A stretch of 64,000 nt of DNA from contig CAKSDP010000006.1 in NCBI GenBank assembly GCA_934446065.1, forward strand, positions 11,032 to 75,031. Direction: 5' to 3'. A model generated the notes under the pieces. That model ran no database searches. It had not been told where the DNA came from and worked only from the letters and a program-made list of their open reading frames with translations. Shown piece by piece: positions 24,466 to 33,351 of the stretch; the stretch's first letter is position 1; each line of letters starts with the position of its first letter. Position numbers and translations under genes: made by a program. The DNA comes from an uncultured Eubacteriales bacterium (GTDB taxonomy: Bacteria; Bacillota; Clostridia; Oscillospirales; CAG-272).

Positions 24466-26396
24466 CTGATGCGCTCGCCCGGCTTCGTGTTCTCGTCGAG
24501 GAATACGACCTTCGGCGACTCCTCACCGCACGCGAGGATCATGCCGCAGCTCTCGACTCCGCAAAGCTTCGCCGGTGCAAGATTTGCGACGACGATGACA
24601 TTCCGTCCGATAAGCTCGTCCGGCGTGTAATACTGCGCGATTCCGGAGGCAACCTGACGGCGCTCGTAGCCGAGGTCAAGCACAAGGCGGAGAAGCTTCT
24701 TCGATTTCGGAACCTTCTCGCATTCGACAACCCTTGCGCAACGAAGCTCGGTTTTCATGAAATCGTCAATGCCGATCTGCGCGAGTCCTTCGGGCTTCTC
24801 GGGTGCAGCCGCCGCCTTTGCCGCTGCGGTCTCAGCTGCGATCTCGGCAAGCATTTTTTCCTCGTCGATGCGCGAGAAGAGCATCTCGCACTCGCCGATC
24901 TCGTGTCCTGCCTCAAGCCCGCCGAATGCTTCAAGCGAGTCGTAGCCGCGGGCATCGGTTTTCAGCATTGCAAAGATCTTGTCAGAGGTCTCGGGAATTA
25001 TCGGCGCAAGCAGGATCGCACCGATGCGTATCATCTCAAGCAGATTGTAGAGCACCGTACCGAGACGCTCCTTTGCGCTCTCATCCTTCGCAAGCGCCCA
25101 CGGCATCGTCTCGTCAATATATTTGTTTGCACGGCGGAGCATGAGCATCGCGCATTCAGCCGCGTCGGCAAGATGATATGTGTCCATAAGGGAGCGGAAT
25201 TCCTTTACGGAATCCATTGCGACTGCCTTGAGGTCTGCATCCGGATCGACCTCGCCCGCAGGAGCGGGGATCACGCCGCCGAAATACTTCTTCGTCATTA
25301 CAGCAGTGCGACTGACGAGATTTCCGAGGTTGTTCGCGAGATCCATGTTGTAGCGGCTGATGAACGATTCATATGTGATAGAACCGTCATTGACGTAGGG
25401 CATCTCGGAAAGTGCGAAATATCTCACGCCGTCAACCGAGAAACGCTCGGCAAGCTTGTCCGCGTAGATAACGTTGCCGCGTGACTTTGACATCTTGTCC
25501 TCGCCGAACTTGAACCACGGGTGCACAAATACCTTTTTGGGGAGGGGAAGACCGAGCGCCATCAGGAATATCGGCCAGTAGATCGTGTGGAAGCGCGTGA
25601 TGTCCTTTCCGATCACGTGGACGTCGCACGGCCAGTATTTCTTGAATTTTTCGGGCTGTTCTTCATTGTACGGATCGTATCCGAGAGCGGTGATATAGTT
25701 CGTCAGCGCGTCAAGCCATACATATATTACATGCTTGTTGTCGAACGGAACGGGAATACCCCATTTGAATGATGTGCGCGACACGCACAGATCCTGAAGT
25801 CCGGGGATGATGAAGTTATTCAGCATCTCCTTTTTCTTCGTTTCCGGTTCAATGAACGTGACGTTTTCCTCGTAGTATTTGACGAGCCTGTCGGCGTAGG
25901 CGCTCATCCTGAAGAAGTATGTCTCCTCGCGCGTCTTCTGAACCTCGCGTCCGCAGTCGGGACACTTGCCGTCAACAAGCTGAGTATCGGTGAAAAACGA
26001 CTCGCACGGCGTGCAGTACCAATCCTCGTAGTAACCCTTGTAAATGTCGCCCTGCTTGTAGAATTTCTCGAAAATGTGCTGAACGGCACGCTCGTGATGA
26101 TCGTCGGTCGTGCGGATGAAGTGATCGTATGTCGTGTTCATCGCGTCCCATACACCGCGTATCTCGTCGGCAACGCCGTCAACGAACTTTTTCGGTGTAA
26201 CGCCTGCCTCATTCGCCTTATTCTCGATCTTCTGACCGTGCTCGTCTGTGCCGGTGCAGAAGAATACGTCATAACCCATCTGCCTCTTGTAGCGCGCGAT
26301 GGCATCCGTCAGGATGATCTCGTATGTGTTGCCGAAGTGCGGTTTCTGCGATGCGTATGCAATCGCGGTAGTTATATAAAACTTTTCCTTATCCAT
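24462..26396 (-). CDS. metG: Methionine--tRNA ligase with a C-terminal tRNA-binding (EMAP/Trbp111-like) domain
   Basis: The sequence YITTAIAYASQKPHFGNTYE contains the HIGH-region equivalent. Also a KMSKS motif, a CPDCG zinc knuckle, and a C-terminal ...VANLAPAKLCGVESCGMIL. Start moved to ATG 26396 (MDKEKF). Confidence 0.95.
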   Translation of the reverse strand: MDKEKFYITTAIAYASQKPHFGNTYEIILTDAIARYKRQMGYDVFFCTGTDEHGQKIENKANEAGVTPKKFVDGVADEIRGVWDAMNTTYDHFIRTTDDHHERAVQHIFEKFYKQGDIYKGYYEDWYCTPCESFFTDTQLVDGKCPDCGREVQKTREETYFFRMSAYADRLVKYYEENVTFIEPETKKKEMLNNFIIPGLQDLCVSRTSFKWGIPVPFDNKHVIYVWLDALTNYITALGYDPYNEEQPEKFKKYWPCDVHVIGKDITRFHTIYWPIFLMALGLPLPKKVFVHPWFKFGEDKMSKSRGNVIYADKLAERFSVDGVRYFALSEMPYVNDGSITYESFISRYNMDLANNLGNLVSRTAVMTKKYFGGVIPAPAGEVDPDADLKAVAMDSVKEFRSLMDTYHLADAAECAMLMLRRANKYIDETMPWALAKDESAKERLGTVLYNLLEMIRIGAILLAPIIPETSDKIFAMLKTDARGYDSLEAFGGLEAGHEIGECEMLFSRIDEEKMLAEIAAETAAAKAAAAPEKPEGLAQIGIDDFMKTELRCARVVECEKVPKSKKLLRLVLDLGYERRQVASGIAQYYTPDELIGRNVIVVANLAPAKLCGVESCGMILACGEESPKVVFLDENTKPGERIR

Positions 26397-26424
26397 TTTT
26401 ACCTCGAAAATATTATTTTTACAG

Positions 26425-27600
26425 TCAGAGTTCAACCGTTTTGCCGGCAGCGACAACGGATTCGATCACGGGATCATCTTTGTCGGAGATGACGATGAAG
26501 TCGGCGCGAGCACCCTCGCGGATTGAACCGCATTCATCGGCAGCACCGATCATTCTCGCGGGATTTGACGTTGCAGAGGGAAGTGCCTCTTCGAGGCTGA
26601 GACCGCAGAATTTCATGAAATTCTTGAGCGCCGTGAACAGATCAAGCGTGCTTCCCGCAAGTGCCCCCTCATTATTCACCGCAAGCCCGTCGCGGACAAA
26701 CACCGGCAGTCCGGCAATCGAATATTCGCCGTCGGGACAGCCCGCCGCCTCCATCGAGTCCGTAATGAGCACAAACCGGTCAGGCACTTTCGCACGCCAT
26801 GAGAGCTTTATTATCTCCGGCGCAATGTGATGACCGTCGCAGATGAATTCGGCATAGCATTCGTCGAAAAGCAGCGCGGCACCGGCGCCGCCCGGATCGC
26901 GGTGGTGGATCGGACGCATCGCGTTGAACGTGTGGGTAAATCCCGTGACACCGAGCGCGACCGCGTGTGAAAGCTGTGCAAAATCCGCATCGGTGTGAGC
27001 CGCCGTGACAACGACTCCAAGCTCGCGCGCCGCGCGGATCATGTCGTCACCGCCCGGAAGCTCGGGTGCCATTGACAGGCGCATTCGTGTGTCAGGCGCG
27101 ATCTCCCTGAAACGGCGTATCTCCGCTGCGGACGGGTCGGAAAGAAACTCCGGCGCGTGTGCACCGCGCTTTTTCGGCGAAAGATAACGTCCCTCAAGGT
27201 GAACTCCCGCAAATGCCGCCGTACCGGGAATATTCTTCCGCGCGGCGATTGCCGCGGTAGAACACTCAAGCGACTCAAGCGTTGCCGAAGCAAGCGTAGG
27301 CATCAGCGTTGTCGTTCCGGTTCGCGCATACGAGAGTGCGATCTCATCATATTTTTCAGCCGGAGCGGTGTTGAAGTCGTATCCGGCGCGACCGTGAGTG
27401 TGGACATCGACAAGTCCGGGAATCACGTATTTTCCGGTCATATCGATCTTCTTTACACCCTCGGGAGAGAGCGAGATGTCGTCGGTCCGCATCACGCGCG
27501 CAAACTTGCCGTCCTCAATGAGGATCGCACCGTGAACGAACGTTTCGTAATCACTGTCGTAGATATCACATCCGTGAAGAATGCAGCTGTTTTTGTTCAC
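26425..27600 (-). CDS. nagA: N-acetylglucosamine-6-phosphate deacetylase
   Basis: GLVDVHTHG, FICDGHHIAPE and length and order typical of NagA. GTG start at 27600 preceded by AAGGGGG. Confidence 0.85.
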   Translation of the reverse strand: MNKNSCILHGCDIYDSDYETFVHGAILIEDGKFARVMRTDDISLSPEGVKKIDMTGKYVIPGLVDVHTHGRAGYDFNTAPAEKYDEIALSYARTGTTTLMPTLASATLESLECSTAAIAARKNIPGTAAFAGVHLEGRYLSPKKRGAHAPEFLSDPSAAEIRRFREIAPDTRMRLSMAPELPGGDDMIRAARELGVVVTAAHTDADFAQLSHAVALGVTGFTHTFNAMRPIHHRDPGGAGAALLFDECYAEFICDGHHIAPEIIKLSWRAKVPDRFVLITDSMEAAGCPDGEYSIAGLPVFVRDGLAVNNEGALAGSTLDLFTALKNFMKFCGLSLEEALPSATSNPARMIGAADECGSIREGARADFIVISDKDDPVIESVVAAGKTVEL

Positions 27601-27639
27601 ACGAATGCCCCCTTATTAATATAAGTATGGTATTATCAT

Positions 27640-27668
27640 ATTATAACAAAAAAACGCCGTATTTACAA
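27640..27668 (-). promoter_or_regulatory. Sigma-A-type promoter for nagA-metG-tatD-rSAM
   Basis: Minus strand reads TTGTAA (27668-27663), a 17-nt spacer, then TGtTATAAT (-10 at 27645-27640). The -35 lies in the loop of the preceding terminator hairpin. Confidence 0.6.
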
Positions 27669-27679
27669 GGCGTTTTTTA
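27648..27679 (-). terminator. Weak rho-independent terminator after rsmI
   Basis: Stem ACGCC (27654-27658) pairs with GGCGT (27669-27673), extended by A-T pairs, with a 10-nt loop. T7 run on the minus strand. Confidence 0.5.
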
Positions 27680-27740
27680 TGTGCAATATGAACATAAATG
27701 GCGTATTAGCAGCGCCGCAATGTGCAAAGTGCGACAAATT

Positions 27741-28637
27741 TCATTCGTCCAATCCGTCGTTTTCGGCGATAAGCATCGCGTAAAGCTCACGCTTTGTCAT
27801 TCCGCGCTCGGCAGCCGCTTTTTTGATCGCATCCATTTTCGCCATTCCGCGCTCGGTGTAAAGCCGAACGTGCTCCGCCGGATCGTCGGGATAATCAGTC
27901 GCAGGCGGTGCGGACTCTGCTGCGCCTTCAAGCACGAGGACGTACTCTCCGCGCGGCGCATTGTCTTTGTAATACTCAACAACACCGCTGAGCGTTGTGC
28001 GCATGACCTCCTCGTTGAGTTTTGTAAGCTCACGGCAGAGCGATATGCGCCTGTCCCCGAACGCCGCCAAAAGATCGTCAAGCGTCGCGCGAAGCTTGTG
28101 CGGCGCTTCGTAGAATATCAGCGTGTGCCGGTCATATTTAAGCGAATCAAGATGTTCGCGCCGGTCGGTCTTGTTGGTCGAGAGGAATCCTTCAAACGCG
28201 AATCTGCCGGTAGGCAGCGACGAGAGCGTGAGCGCCGTCACAGCCGCGCAGGGGCCGGGGATGGATGTAACTGGAATACCGCGCTCGGCGCACAGGCGCA
28301 CGAGATCCTCGCCGGGGTCGCTGATCGCGGGTGTTCCCGCATCGGTGACAAGCGCACATGATTCACCCGCCTCAAGCCGTGCGGCGATGATCTCACCGCG
28401 CTCGCGGCGATTGTGCTCGAAATAGCTGATGAGCGGCTTTGATATTCCGAAGCGGGAGAGGAGCAGTCCCGAGTTGCGTGTGTCCTCGGCAGCAACGAAA
28501 TCAACTTCTGAAAGAACCTTCAGTGCGCGCTCGCTGATGTCGGAGAGATTGCCGATCGGCGTCGGAACAAGGTAGAGCGTCCCGCCGACCGTGCGGTTTC
28601 GCTCAGTTTCACCGATTGATTTTTTAGGATAGCTCAT
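27741..28637 (-). CDS. rsmI: 16S rRNA (cytidine1402-2'-O)-methyltransferase
   Basis: GTLYLVPTPIGNLSDISERALKVLSEVDFVAAEDTR is the hallmark RsmI/YabC N-terminus. Its ATG overlaps the upstream stop (ATGA). Confidence 0.93.
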   Translation of the reverse strand: MSYPKKSIGETERNRTVGGTLYLVPTPIGNLSDISERALKVLSEVDFVAAEDTRNSGLLLSRFGISKPLISYFEHNRRERGEIIAARLEAGESCALVTDAGTPAISDPGEDLVRLCAERGIPVTSIPGPCAAVTALTLSSLPTGRFAFEGFLSTNKTDRREHLDSLKYDRHTLIFYEAPHKLRATLDDLLAAFGDRRISLCRELTKLNEEVMRTTLSGVVEYYKDNAPRGEYVLVLEGAAESAPPATDYPDDPAEHVRLYTERGMAKMDAIKKAAAERGMTKRELYAMLIAENDGLDE

Positions 28638-29446
28638 CTCGGTTTTCTCCTTTGGCGTAAAATATGATCAAGTGAAAAGTCACGGTATATACGTGCGAAG
28701 CTTTCGGTGTATCCGAGATCGCGCTCACCCGCGGGTAGCGGTGCTTCGGGCGGCGTTCCGCGCTCGCGGTAGATTATGAGCGGCGGCGCGATCTTTACTC
28801 CCGGACGACCGAATTTCCGTGCGCGTACAAGGACGAGCGACGGCGCGGACACGGCGGTAGGGCAAACGAGCACTAGATCCTTTGGCTCAAGCGCGGCGTG
28901 CCGCAGGGCATCGGTAAGCTCGCACAGACGCTCCGGGCGATACACAACGTAGAAATCCCCGCCGTAGCGCAGAATACGCGCAGCTGCCGCCGCAAAATCC
29001 GATATTGTGCCGAACACCTCGCGGCGGGCAATGTTCTTCATGTCGGACACATTTCCCCTGCCGGAGTCGGCTGACATATACGGAGGATTCGAGATAACAA
29101 AATTGACCTCTCCGCCGGTGTCGGCAGGCATGATCTCGCGCACATCCTTGTTTATCGGAATTACTTTGTCGTGCAGACAGTTAAGCCTCGCGTTGCGCTG
29201 ACACAGGTCAAAGAATTCATCCTGAATCTCGACAGCGTATATCTTTTCGCATTTGCCGGATGCGGCACAGAGAAGTGAGGCGATTCCCGTTCCGGCGCCG
29301 AGATCGCATCCGCGCCCTTTGCCCGCAGCCATTGCCGCAAGAAGATATGCATCCGTCCCGAAGGTAAGTCCGTCGCTTTTCTGTATCAGCGAGATATTCT
29401 CATTTACAAAATCGAGCCGTTCTCCCGGCAGAATCCGTGTATCCAT
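28634..29446 (-). CDS. YabB/TrmN6-like SAM-dependent methyltransferase (tRNA1(Val) m6A37 type)
   Basis: SAM motif DLGAGTGI and catalytic VISNPPYM. Start moved to ATG 29446 (MDTRILPGERLD). Confidence 0.7.
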   Translation of the reverse strand: MDTRILPGERLDFVNENISLIQKSDGLTFGTDAYLLAAMAAGKGRGCDLGAGTGIASLLCAASGKCEKIYAVEIQDEFFDLCQRNARLNCLHDKVIPINKDVREIMPADTGGEVNFVISNPPYMSADSGRGNVSDMKNIARREVFGTISDFAAAAARILRYGGDFYVVYRPERLCELTDALRHAALEPKDLVLVCPTAVSAPSLVLVRARKFGRPGVKIAPPLIIYRERGTPPEAPLPAGERDLGYTESFARIYRDFSLDHILRQRRKPR

Positions 29447-29532
29447 AAAAATCTCCGTTATATTGAAAAATCCGCACACCGAGATGTGCAGATTTTTCAA
29501 TCTTATTTGGTATGCAGTATGTAGTTGACCGC

Positions 29533-29703
29533 TTACTCAGCAGCGGGAGCATCTACGGGACATACGCCGGCGCAAGCGCCGCAATCAAGACATTTGTCTG
29601 CGTCGATCACGTACTTGTCAGCACCCTCAGAGATAGCCTCAGCAGGGCACTCGGCAGCGCAAGCACCGCAGGAAATGCAGTCATCACTGATCTTATATGC
29701 CAT
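29533..29703 (-). CDS. Clostridial-type 2x[4Fe-4S] ferredoxin (56 aa), absent from the ORF track
   Basis: My translation is MAYKISDDCISCGACAAECPAEAISEGADKYVIDADKCLDCGACAGVCPVDAPAAE*. It has two CxxCxxCxxxCP motifs. GGAGG lies 9 nt before ATG 29703. The two listed 69-aa plus-strand ORFs are its antisense shadows. Confidence 0.9.
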   Translation of the reverse strand: MAYKISDDCISCGACAAECPAEAISEGADKYVIDADKCLDCGACAGVCPVDAPAAE

Positions 29704-29736
29704 GACAGTAAACCTCCGTAAATTTAAGTTTTAACC

Positions 29737-29765
29737 ATTGTATCACAAAAACTTCGGTTTGAAAA
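29737..29765 (-). promoter_or_regulatory. Possible sigma-A-type promoter for the ferredoxin gene
   Basis: Minus strand reads TTTTCA (29765-29760), a 17-nt spacer, then TGaTACAAT (-10 at 29742-29737). Confidence 0.5.
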
Positions 29766-29782
29766 TACTTTTCGGAAAAAAT

Positions 29783-30850
29783 TTAAGAATTTCCGGAATC
29801 TTTTTCTTTTTCCTGATTTTTCGGCTGTTCGGAGTTTTTTTGCTTGTCGTTTTTGTCATTTTGACGATTCCGCTCCGCGCGGCTGCGGCGCGGCTCTATC
29901 TGCGGACGGGGCGTACCTTTTTCGCGGCGGCCGATTACAGTGACCTTGTCACGGTGATATTCCGTCAGCTTGTCAGGCTCGGAATCGAGAATAACGCGGA
30001 CGGTTCCAGCAAGTGGGTTTGTCTCCTTGACGTATCCCGTTCCGTCGGGAGTCTTGACGCGGCTGTCAACGGGCGGGGTCAGCTTGATCTCCTCCTCGTA
30101 GACCTCATGCTCGTATTTGAGGCAGCACATGAGTCTGCCGCACGTGCCGGATATCTTCGATGAGTTCAGCGACATATTCTGCTCTTTTGCCATCTTTATC
30201 GAGACCTGCACGAACTCTGACAGGAACGTCGAGCAGCAGAACGGTCTGCCGCATACGCCGAGTCCTCCGAGAAGCTTTGCTTCGTCGCGGATTCCGATCT
30301 GCCGCAGCTCTATTCTCGTGCGGAATACGGATGCAAGATCCTTCACAAGCTCGCGGAAATCGACGCGCCCGTCAACCGAGAAATAGAACGTGAGCTTGCC
30401 CTCGTCAAAGGTGTACTCGGCTTCGATGAGCTTCATTCCGAGACCGTGTTCGCGTATCTTCTCAACGCATATCGCATACGCCTTTTTCTCTTTTTCGGCA
30501 AGAGCGGCGCGGTGAGCGATGTCCTCCTCGGTCGCAATGCGAACGACAGGGCGCAGGGGCGGGATCACCTCCGACGCCGGAACGTTTTTCACCCCTCCGG
30601 ATGCCGTGCCGAACTCGATCCCGCGCGTCGTCTCAACGATAAGCGGTGAGTTTTCGGGAATGTCAAGCCCCTTCGGGTCAAAATAATACATTTTGCCGGA
30701 GTCCTTGAACTTCACCCCGATAACATCAACGGTCGCAGGCGTTTCGGTGACTGCACTCACCTCGGTGACCTGCGGAAAACCGTCGATATTCGACGGAACA
30801 AAGTCGGATATTATGTTTTCGTCTCTTGAAAATTCGCTGTGTTTTTCCAT
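29783..30850 (-). CDS. ricT: PSP1-domain protein RicT/YaaT (stage 0 sporulation / RNase Y-specificity complex subunit)
   Basis: VIGVKFKDSGKMYYFDP..., the Cys cluster CGRPFCCSTFL ... CGRLMCCLKYE, and its position directly after holB. It carries a ~50-aa K/Q/E/R-rich C-terminal tail. Confidence 0.88.
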   Translation of the reverse strand: MEKHSEFSRDENIISDFVPSNIDGFPQVTEVSAVTETPATVDVIGVKFKDSGKMYYFDPKGLDIPENSPLIVETTRGIEFGTASGGVKNVPASEVIPPLRPVVRIATEEDIAHRAALAEKEKKAYAICVEKIREHGLGMKLIEAEYTFDEGKLTFYFSVDGRVDFRELVKDLASVFRTRIELRQIGIRDEAKLLGGLGVCGRPFCCSTFLSEFVQVSIKMAKEQNMSLNSSKISGTCGRLMCCLKYEHEVYEEEIKLTPPVDSRVKTPDGTGYVKETNPLAGTVRVILDSEPDKLTEYHRDKVTVIGRREKGTPRPQIEPRRSRAERNRQNDKNDKQKNSEQPKNQEKEKDSGNS

Positions 30851-30884
30851 ATATAAATGCGGCTGTGCCGCCCTTTCAGAGTAT

Positions 30885-31886
30885 TCAGATTTTGTGCATT
30901 ATAAGGCGCTCCGCCACAAGCAGAGCAGAAGCGTTGCCCGCAAGCTCGCGCTCCGAGCGTTCAAGCAGTGAGTAAAACCGATAAAGCGCGACCGCGTTAT
31001 GCGATATGTACGGACGCACTTCTTTCGGCTCGGCGAAAAACAGCAGCTCCGCTCCCGCGCGTTTTTTCTGTGCGATAATGTCTCTGACCGCGACCTTGCA
31101 GTCGGAAATGATAGCGGACAGCTCATCGCGTGAGCGCGTGACAGTTGCCGCATAGCGTGCCTTCGCCGATAAGTCTCCCGTAAGCGACACCCGCAGGAAT
31201 TCTTCGGCGGCAGCGTGTATTTCGGGAGATTTGCCGGCACCGGAGAGAAGAGCAACGGCACGTCCGGCTATCCCGTCGGAATCGCGCGTGATCTCGCGGA
31301 TCCGCTCATCGGAAAGTCCGTCTGCGAGTGAAAGTAACTCAAGGAATTCACGCATTTCGTCGGGTTCGAGCGACTGCATCCTTATAAGCTGTGCACGGCT
31401 GCGTATAGTTTCAAGCAGAAGCTTGTGGTCGGCAACAAGAAGAATGAATGATGCAAACGGCGGCGGCTCCTCAAGGGAGATGAGCAGCGCGTTCTGCGCT
31501 TCCGGCGTCATCGTCTCCGCGTCCTCGATTATAAAGAACTTGTGTTCCGCCTCATCCGGAGTTATAAAAAGCTCGCTCTTTATCCGTCGCACGGTGTCAA
31601 CACCGATCGTCTTGCGCTCGCCCCGTCTGACAACGATCACATCCGGGTGGATGTCGCGCATAATACGGTCGCACGCCGAGCAGTGACCGCAGGGAAGTGG
31701 TTCTGCATCGTTATGGGAATTCTCGCACAGAATCGCCGCAGCGATCTGATGAGCCATAAGGGACTTACCGATCCCGTCGGAGCCTGAAATAATGTAAGCA
31801 TGAGATGCCGTACCCTCGGCGATGTCTCTGCCGAGACGCTGTTTTGCGGCAGTATTGCCGATTACCGATGGAAAAAGCTGTTTCAC
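30885..31886 (-). CDS. holB: DNA polymerase III subunit delta'
   Basis: HAYIISGSDGIGKSLMAHQIAAAILC, the zinc module CGHCSACDRI, and FIIEDAETMT. GTG start at 31886 behind GGAGG. Confidence 0.9.
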   Translation of the reverse strand: MKQLFPSVIGNTAAKQRLGRDIAEGTASHAYIISGSDGIGKSLMAHQIAAAILCENSHNDAEPLPCGHCSACDRIMRDIHPDVIVVRRGERKTIGVDTVRRIKSELFITPDEAEHKFFIIEDAETMTPEAQNALLISLEEPPPFASFILLVADHKLLLETIRSRAQLIRMQSLEPDEMREFLELLSLADGLSDERIREITRDSDGIAGRAVALLSGAGKSPEIHAAAEEFLRVSLTGDLSAKARYAATVTRSRDELSAIISDCKVAVRDIIAQKKRAGAELLFFAEPKEVRPYISHNAVALYRFYSLLERSERELAGNASALLVAERLIMHKI

Positions 31887-31918
31887 CGCACCCTCCGCTG
31901 TCTCATTACTTTCACTAT

Positions 31919-31947
31919 ATTATATCAAGAAGTTTTCCGGTTGTCAA
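31919..31947 (-). promoter_or_regulatory. Consensus sigma-A promoter for the holB operon
   Basis: Minus strand reads TTGACA (31947-31942), exactly 17 nt of spacer, then TATAAT (31924-31919), about 30 nt upstream of the holB GTG. Confidence 0.8.
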
Positions 31948-32001
31948 TAAAGCTGCGGGAGGTATTCCGCTTTTCGCTTCACGTATTTCGCGTTCCACCT
32001 C

Positions 32002-32030
32002 TTGAAAAATCGCAGCATATGTGATAAAAT
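32002..32030 (+). promoter_or_regulatory. Sigma-A-type promoter for coaE
   Basis: TTGAAA (32002-32007), a 17-nt spacer, then TAAAAT (32025-32030). The ORF-track start TTG at 32002 is this -35 box. Confidence 0.6.
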
Positions 32031-32100
32031 GTATAATGTATATCTATCCGAACCGGCATGTGCCGTGAGAAGTCATATTCATGAAAGGAACGGTCATATT

Positions 32101-32730
32101 ATGAAGGACAGAGGTATGGGAAGAGTTGTCGGGATCTGCGGCAGAAGCGGTTCCGGCAAAACTACTGTTTGCAAGGCGTTTGAGGAGCTTGGCGCAAAAT
32201 CGATCGACACAGACCGCGTTTACCGCGACCTTACGCGTGCGGATGACGACGGTATGCCGTCGGAGTGCGTGCGAATGATCGCCAATAAATTCGGCGGAAA
32301 GGTCATCGCGTCCGACGGATCGCTCAATCGCGCTTATCTTGCGAGAATAGTTTTCGGCGATAAAGAGAAGCTTTCGCTCCTGAACTCCATAACGCACAAG
32401 CGTATAATGGAGCGCACAGAGGCAATGATATTTGAGTATCTTCGTATGGGCACGACGTGTGTGTTGGTCGATGCGCCCGCGCTTTTCGAGAGCGGATTTG
32501 ATAAAAAATGCGACGCCGTCGTCTGCGTTACCGCGCCCGAAGATACGCTTGTCCGCAGGATCGTCGCACGCGACGGAATCACGCCGGAGCAGGCAATGCG
32601 CAGACTCGCGTCACAGATTCCGGATGAGGAGCTGCACGCACGCGCCGATTTCGTATTTCTGAACGACGGCGAGTCGCCGATCGGGAAGCAGGCTGAAATG
32701 ATTCTCGGAGAAATTCTTGATGGCGAGTGA
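32101..32730 (+). CDS. coaE: Dephospho-CoA kinase
   Basis: P-loop ICGRSGSGKTT and DTDRV motif. Start at ATG 32101 behind GAAAGGAA. ATG 32116 is also possible. Confidence 0.88.
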   Translation: MKDRGMGRVVGICGRSGSGKTTVCKAFEELGAKSIDTDRVYRDLTRADDDGMPSECVRMIANKFGGKVIASDGSLNRAYLARIVFGDKEKLSLLNSITHKRIMERTEAMIFEYLRMGTTCVLVDAPALFESGFDKKCDAVVCVTAPEDTLVRRIVARDGITPEQAMRRLASQIPDEELHARADFVFLNDGESPIGKQAEMILGEILDGE

Positions 32731-32744
32731 GGATTTGAGGCATA

Positions 32745-33314
32745 ATGAGATATAAGAGCGCCCTCAGGCGCAGTGCGGTGATACTTGCGATACTGTCGCT
32801 GTCGGTGATAATAGGATTCCTGTATCAGCTAATATGGGACAATATCGACCGCAAGAACTATCCGCAGAGTTACAGCGAATATGTTGAGAAATATTCCGAG
32901 ATGTACGGCGTGCCGGAGTATATAGTCTACGCGACCATAAAGGTGGAGAGCGGTTTTTCATCAAATGCGGTCTCATCCGCCGGAGCCGTGGGACTCATGC
33001 AGCTTATGCCGGATACATTCCAGTATCTGATGGCGGAGAACAAGGAAGCGTATGAACCGGATCTCATCTACGGCCCAGAGACCAACATCCGCTACGGCAC
33101 ATACTACCTGTCAAAGCTCTATCTGAAATATCAGAACTGGGACACGGTGTTTGCCGCGTATAACGGAGGATCGACAAACGTTGACGGATGGCTCGCCGAC
33201 AAAGAATATTCCGAGGACGGCGTTACGCTGAAGAAAATACCGTTTCCGGAAACCTCAAAGTATGTCGCAAAGATGAACCGCGCTATGAGCATTTATATGC
33301 GGCTGTACTACTGA
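32745..33314 (+). CDS. Membrane-anchored lytic transglycosylase (SLT domain)
   Basis: N-terminal TM helix and the catalytic block ATIKVESGFSSNAVSSAGAVGLMQLMPDT. Confidence 0.85.
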   Translation: MRYKSALRRSAVILAILSLSVIIGFLYQLIWDNIDRKNYPQSYSEYVEKYSEMYGVPEYIVYATIKVESGFSSNAVSSAGAVGLMQLMPDTFQYLMAENKEAYEPDLIYGPETNIRYGTYYLSKLYLKYQNWDTVFAAYNGGSTNVDGWLADKEYSEDGVTLKKIPFPETSKYVAKMNRAMSIYMRLYY

Positions 33315-33351
33315 ACTATCGAAAAATGAACCTTAACGGAGGAATATAAAA

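Noticed and set aside
24444-25484. 346-aa ORF on the plus strand
   Set aside because: It is entirely antisense to metG, which carries unmistakable MetRS motifs. Its L/R/V/D-rich composition is typical of shadow ORFs in GC-rich genes, and it has no RBS.
29512-29734. Two overlapping 69-aa plus-strand ORFs
   Set aside because: They are antisense shadows of the 56-aa ferredoxin gene, which has an RBS and two complete Fe-S motifs.
31887-32100. The 214-nt holB/coaE gap as a possible small-RNA or riboswitch locus
   Set aside because: The gap is fully explained by two divergent near-consensus promoters and their short leaders. No conserved-looking structure is visible beyond a 5-bp hairpin.
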